DNA from: Marine Group II euryarchaeote MED-G38
GTDB lineage: Archaea; Thermoplasmatota; Poseidoniia; Poseidoniales; Thalassarchaeaceae
Reading direction: 5' to 3'
DNA length: 64,000 nucleotides
Assembly (NCBI GenBank): GCA_002457145.1
Contig: NTJP01000007.1
Location: forward strand, 28,425 to 92,424
In this document: positions 63,495-64,000 of the stretch, piece after piece
How positions within the stretch are numbered: position 1 is the first letter of the stretch
How the letters are laid out: every line of letters starts with the position of its first letter
Made by a program: the position numbers and the translations under genes
The notes under the pieces: generated by a model
What the model was told of the DNA's origin: nothing
What the model saw: only the letters and a program-made list of their open reading frames with translations
The model's database searches: none

Positions 63495-64000
63495 ATGGGG
63501 AGAAATATGGTAGAGGCGCCTATGAGGTCTATTGACCGAGAAAGTCATCAAATGCCCCCAAAAAGGATACCTACGGCACTAACAGATAGAGAATTAGAAG
63601 ATTATGGGCCTGCTGATCCTAGAATATTAGTTTGTGGCTGTGGAGGTTCAGGCAATAATACGATGAATCGGATAACTCATATTGGAGTTGAGGGGGCCAT
63701 TACTGTAGCCATAAATACGGATAAGCAACATCTTGATAATACACGCGCAATGCAGAAATTACTAGTTGGAAGGCACATAACAAGAGGTCTTGGAGCAGGA
63801 GGAGATCCTGCAATGGGAAGAAGATGTGCTGAAGCTGGAAGAGATGTGATCGGCAATATTGTAGCAGGAGCAGATTTGGTATTTGTCACAGCAGGCCTTG
63901 GTGGAGGCACAGGAACTGGCATTGCACCTATAGTCGCTGAAGAAGCAAAGAAAGCCGGTGCATTAGTAGTGGCTGTAGTTACTACTCCGTTTTCTGTGGA
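63495..64000 (+). CDS. ftsZ: Cell division GTPase FtsZ (5' part, runs off the right edge)
   Basis: My translation from the ATG at 63495: [16 protein letters not shown]...[18 protein letters not shown]...AINTD...GLGAGGDP...[40 protein letters not shown]. The tubulin signature GGGTGTG is present. Alternative in-frame ATGs at 63507, 63522 and 63552. Confidence 0.9.
   Translation, partial: [168 protein letters not shown]

Noticed and set aside
63395-63535. A 46-codon ORF (MSQQNCLYYVGSPSTIKKGK...) starts about 28 nt downstream of the TTTAATATA element and overlaps the ftsZ start in another frame.
   Set aside because: It is too short, has no motif and no RBS, and is more simply explained as the ftsZ 5' leader.
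63677-63922. An 81-aa Pro/Ala-rich minus-strand ORF.
   Set aside because: It is antisense to the GGGTGTG-containing core of ftsZ and is a reverse-frame artefact.
1-64000. I looked for CRISPR repeats, IS elements or transposases, integrases, prophage genes, toxin-antitoxin pairs and known defence genes. I also looked for long direct or inverted DNA repeats.
   Set aside because: None was recognised by eye. The only repetition I could see is at the protein-module level in the surface proteins. A proper self-alignment (dot plot) and defence-system HMM scan were not possible here and would be needed to exclude short or degenerate repeats.

Overview
Visibly AT-rich, very gene-dense archaeal chromosome segment. 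Spacers are short or overlapping, GGAGG/GAGGT Shine-Dalgarno-like sites are frequent, and ATGA/TAATG stop-start overlaps are common. About 36 kb (26.1-62.7 kb) is transcribed from the minus strand. Archaeal hallmarks: the aIF-1A / RIO kinase / KH (Dim2-like) trio, ribosomal protein L15e, Cdc48, an Hjc-like resolvase, an MC1-type chromatin protein, RNase Z, an intron-containing tRNA-Tyr with C1:G72, and the 5' part of ftsZ. Metabolism: pyrBI; an 11-subunit nuoABCDHIJKLMN cluster (12 ORFs, nuoJ split in two, no nuoEFG in the window); sdhCAB with a single 5-helix anchor; a methylcrotonyl-CoA-carboxylase-like carboxylase plus crotonase; an aldehyde dehydrogenase; an OYE flavoenzyme; dCMP deaminase; FolC; SerRS; a presenilin-type intramembrane protease. 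The accessory-looking part is a 14.5-kb run (46.2-60.8 kb) of five co-directional genes for giant secreted or membrane-anchored proteins, including a 1480-aa membrane-tethered S8 subtilase. Another large secreted protein is truncated at the left edge. The gene content fits an uncultured heterotrophic marine Thermoplasmatota-like archaeon (MG-II/III-like); this is inference only. I found no CRISPR array, rRNA, transposase/integrase or recognisable defence system. Best candidates for something undescribed: (1) the surface-protein island with its orphan 1459-aa/187-aa pair; (2) a MoxR-less DUF4350-like/DUF58/polytopic-membrane operon downstream of Cdc48 plus a PRC-barrel protein; (3) lineage-specific insertions in NuoI and NuoH of a complex I that lacks an electron-input module; (4) an actinobacterial-Sdh1-like SDH. 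All functional calls rest on motif recognition by eye, with no database search run.
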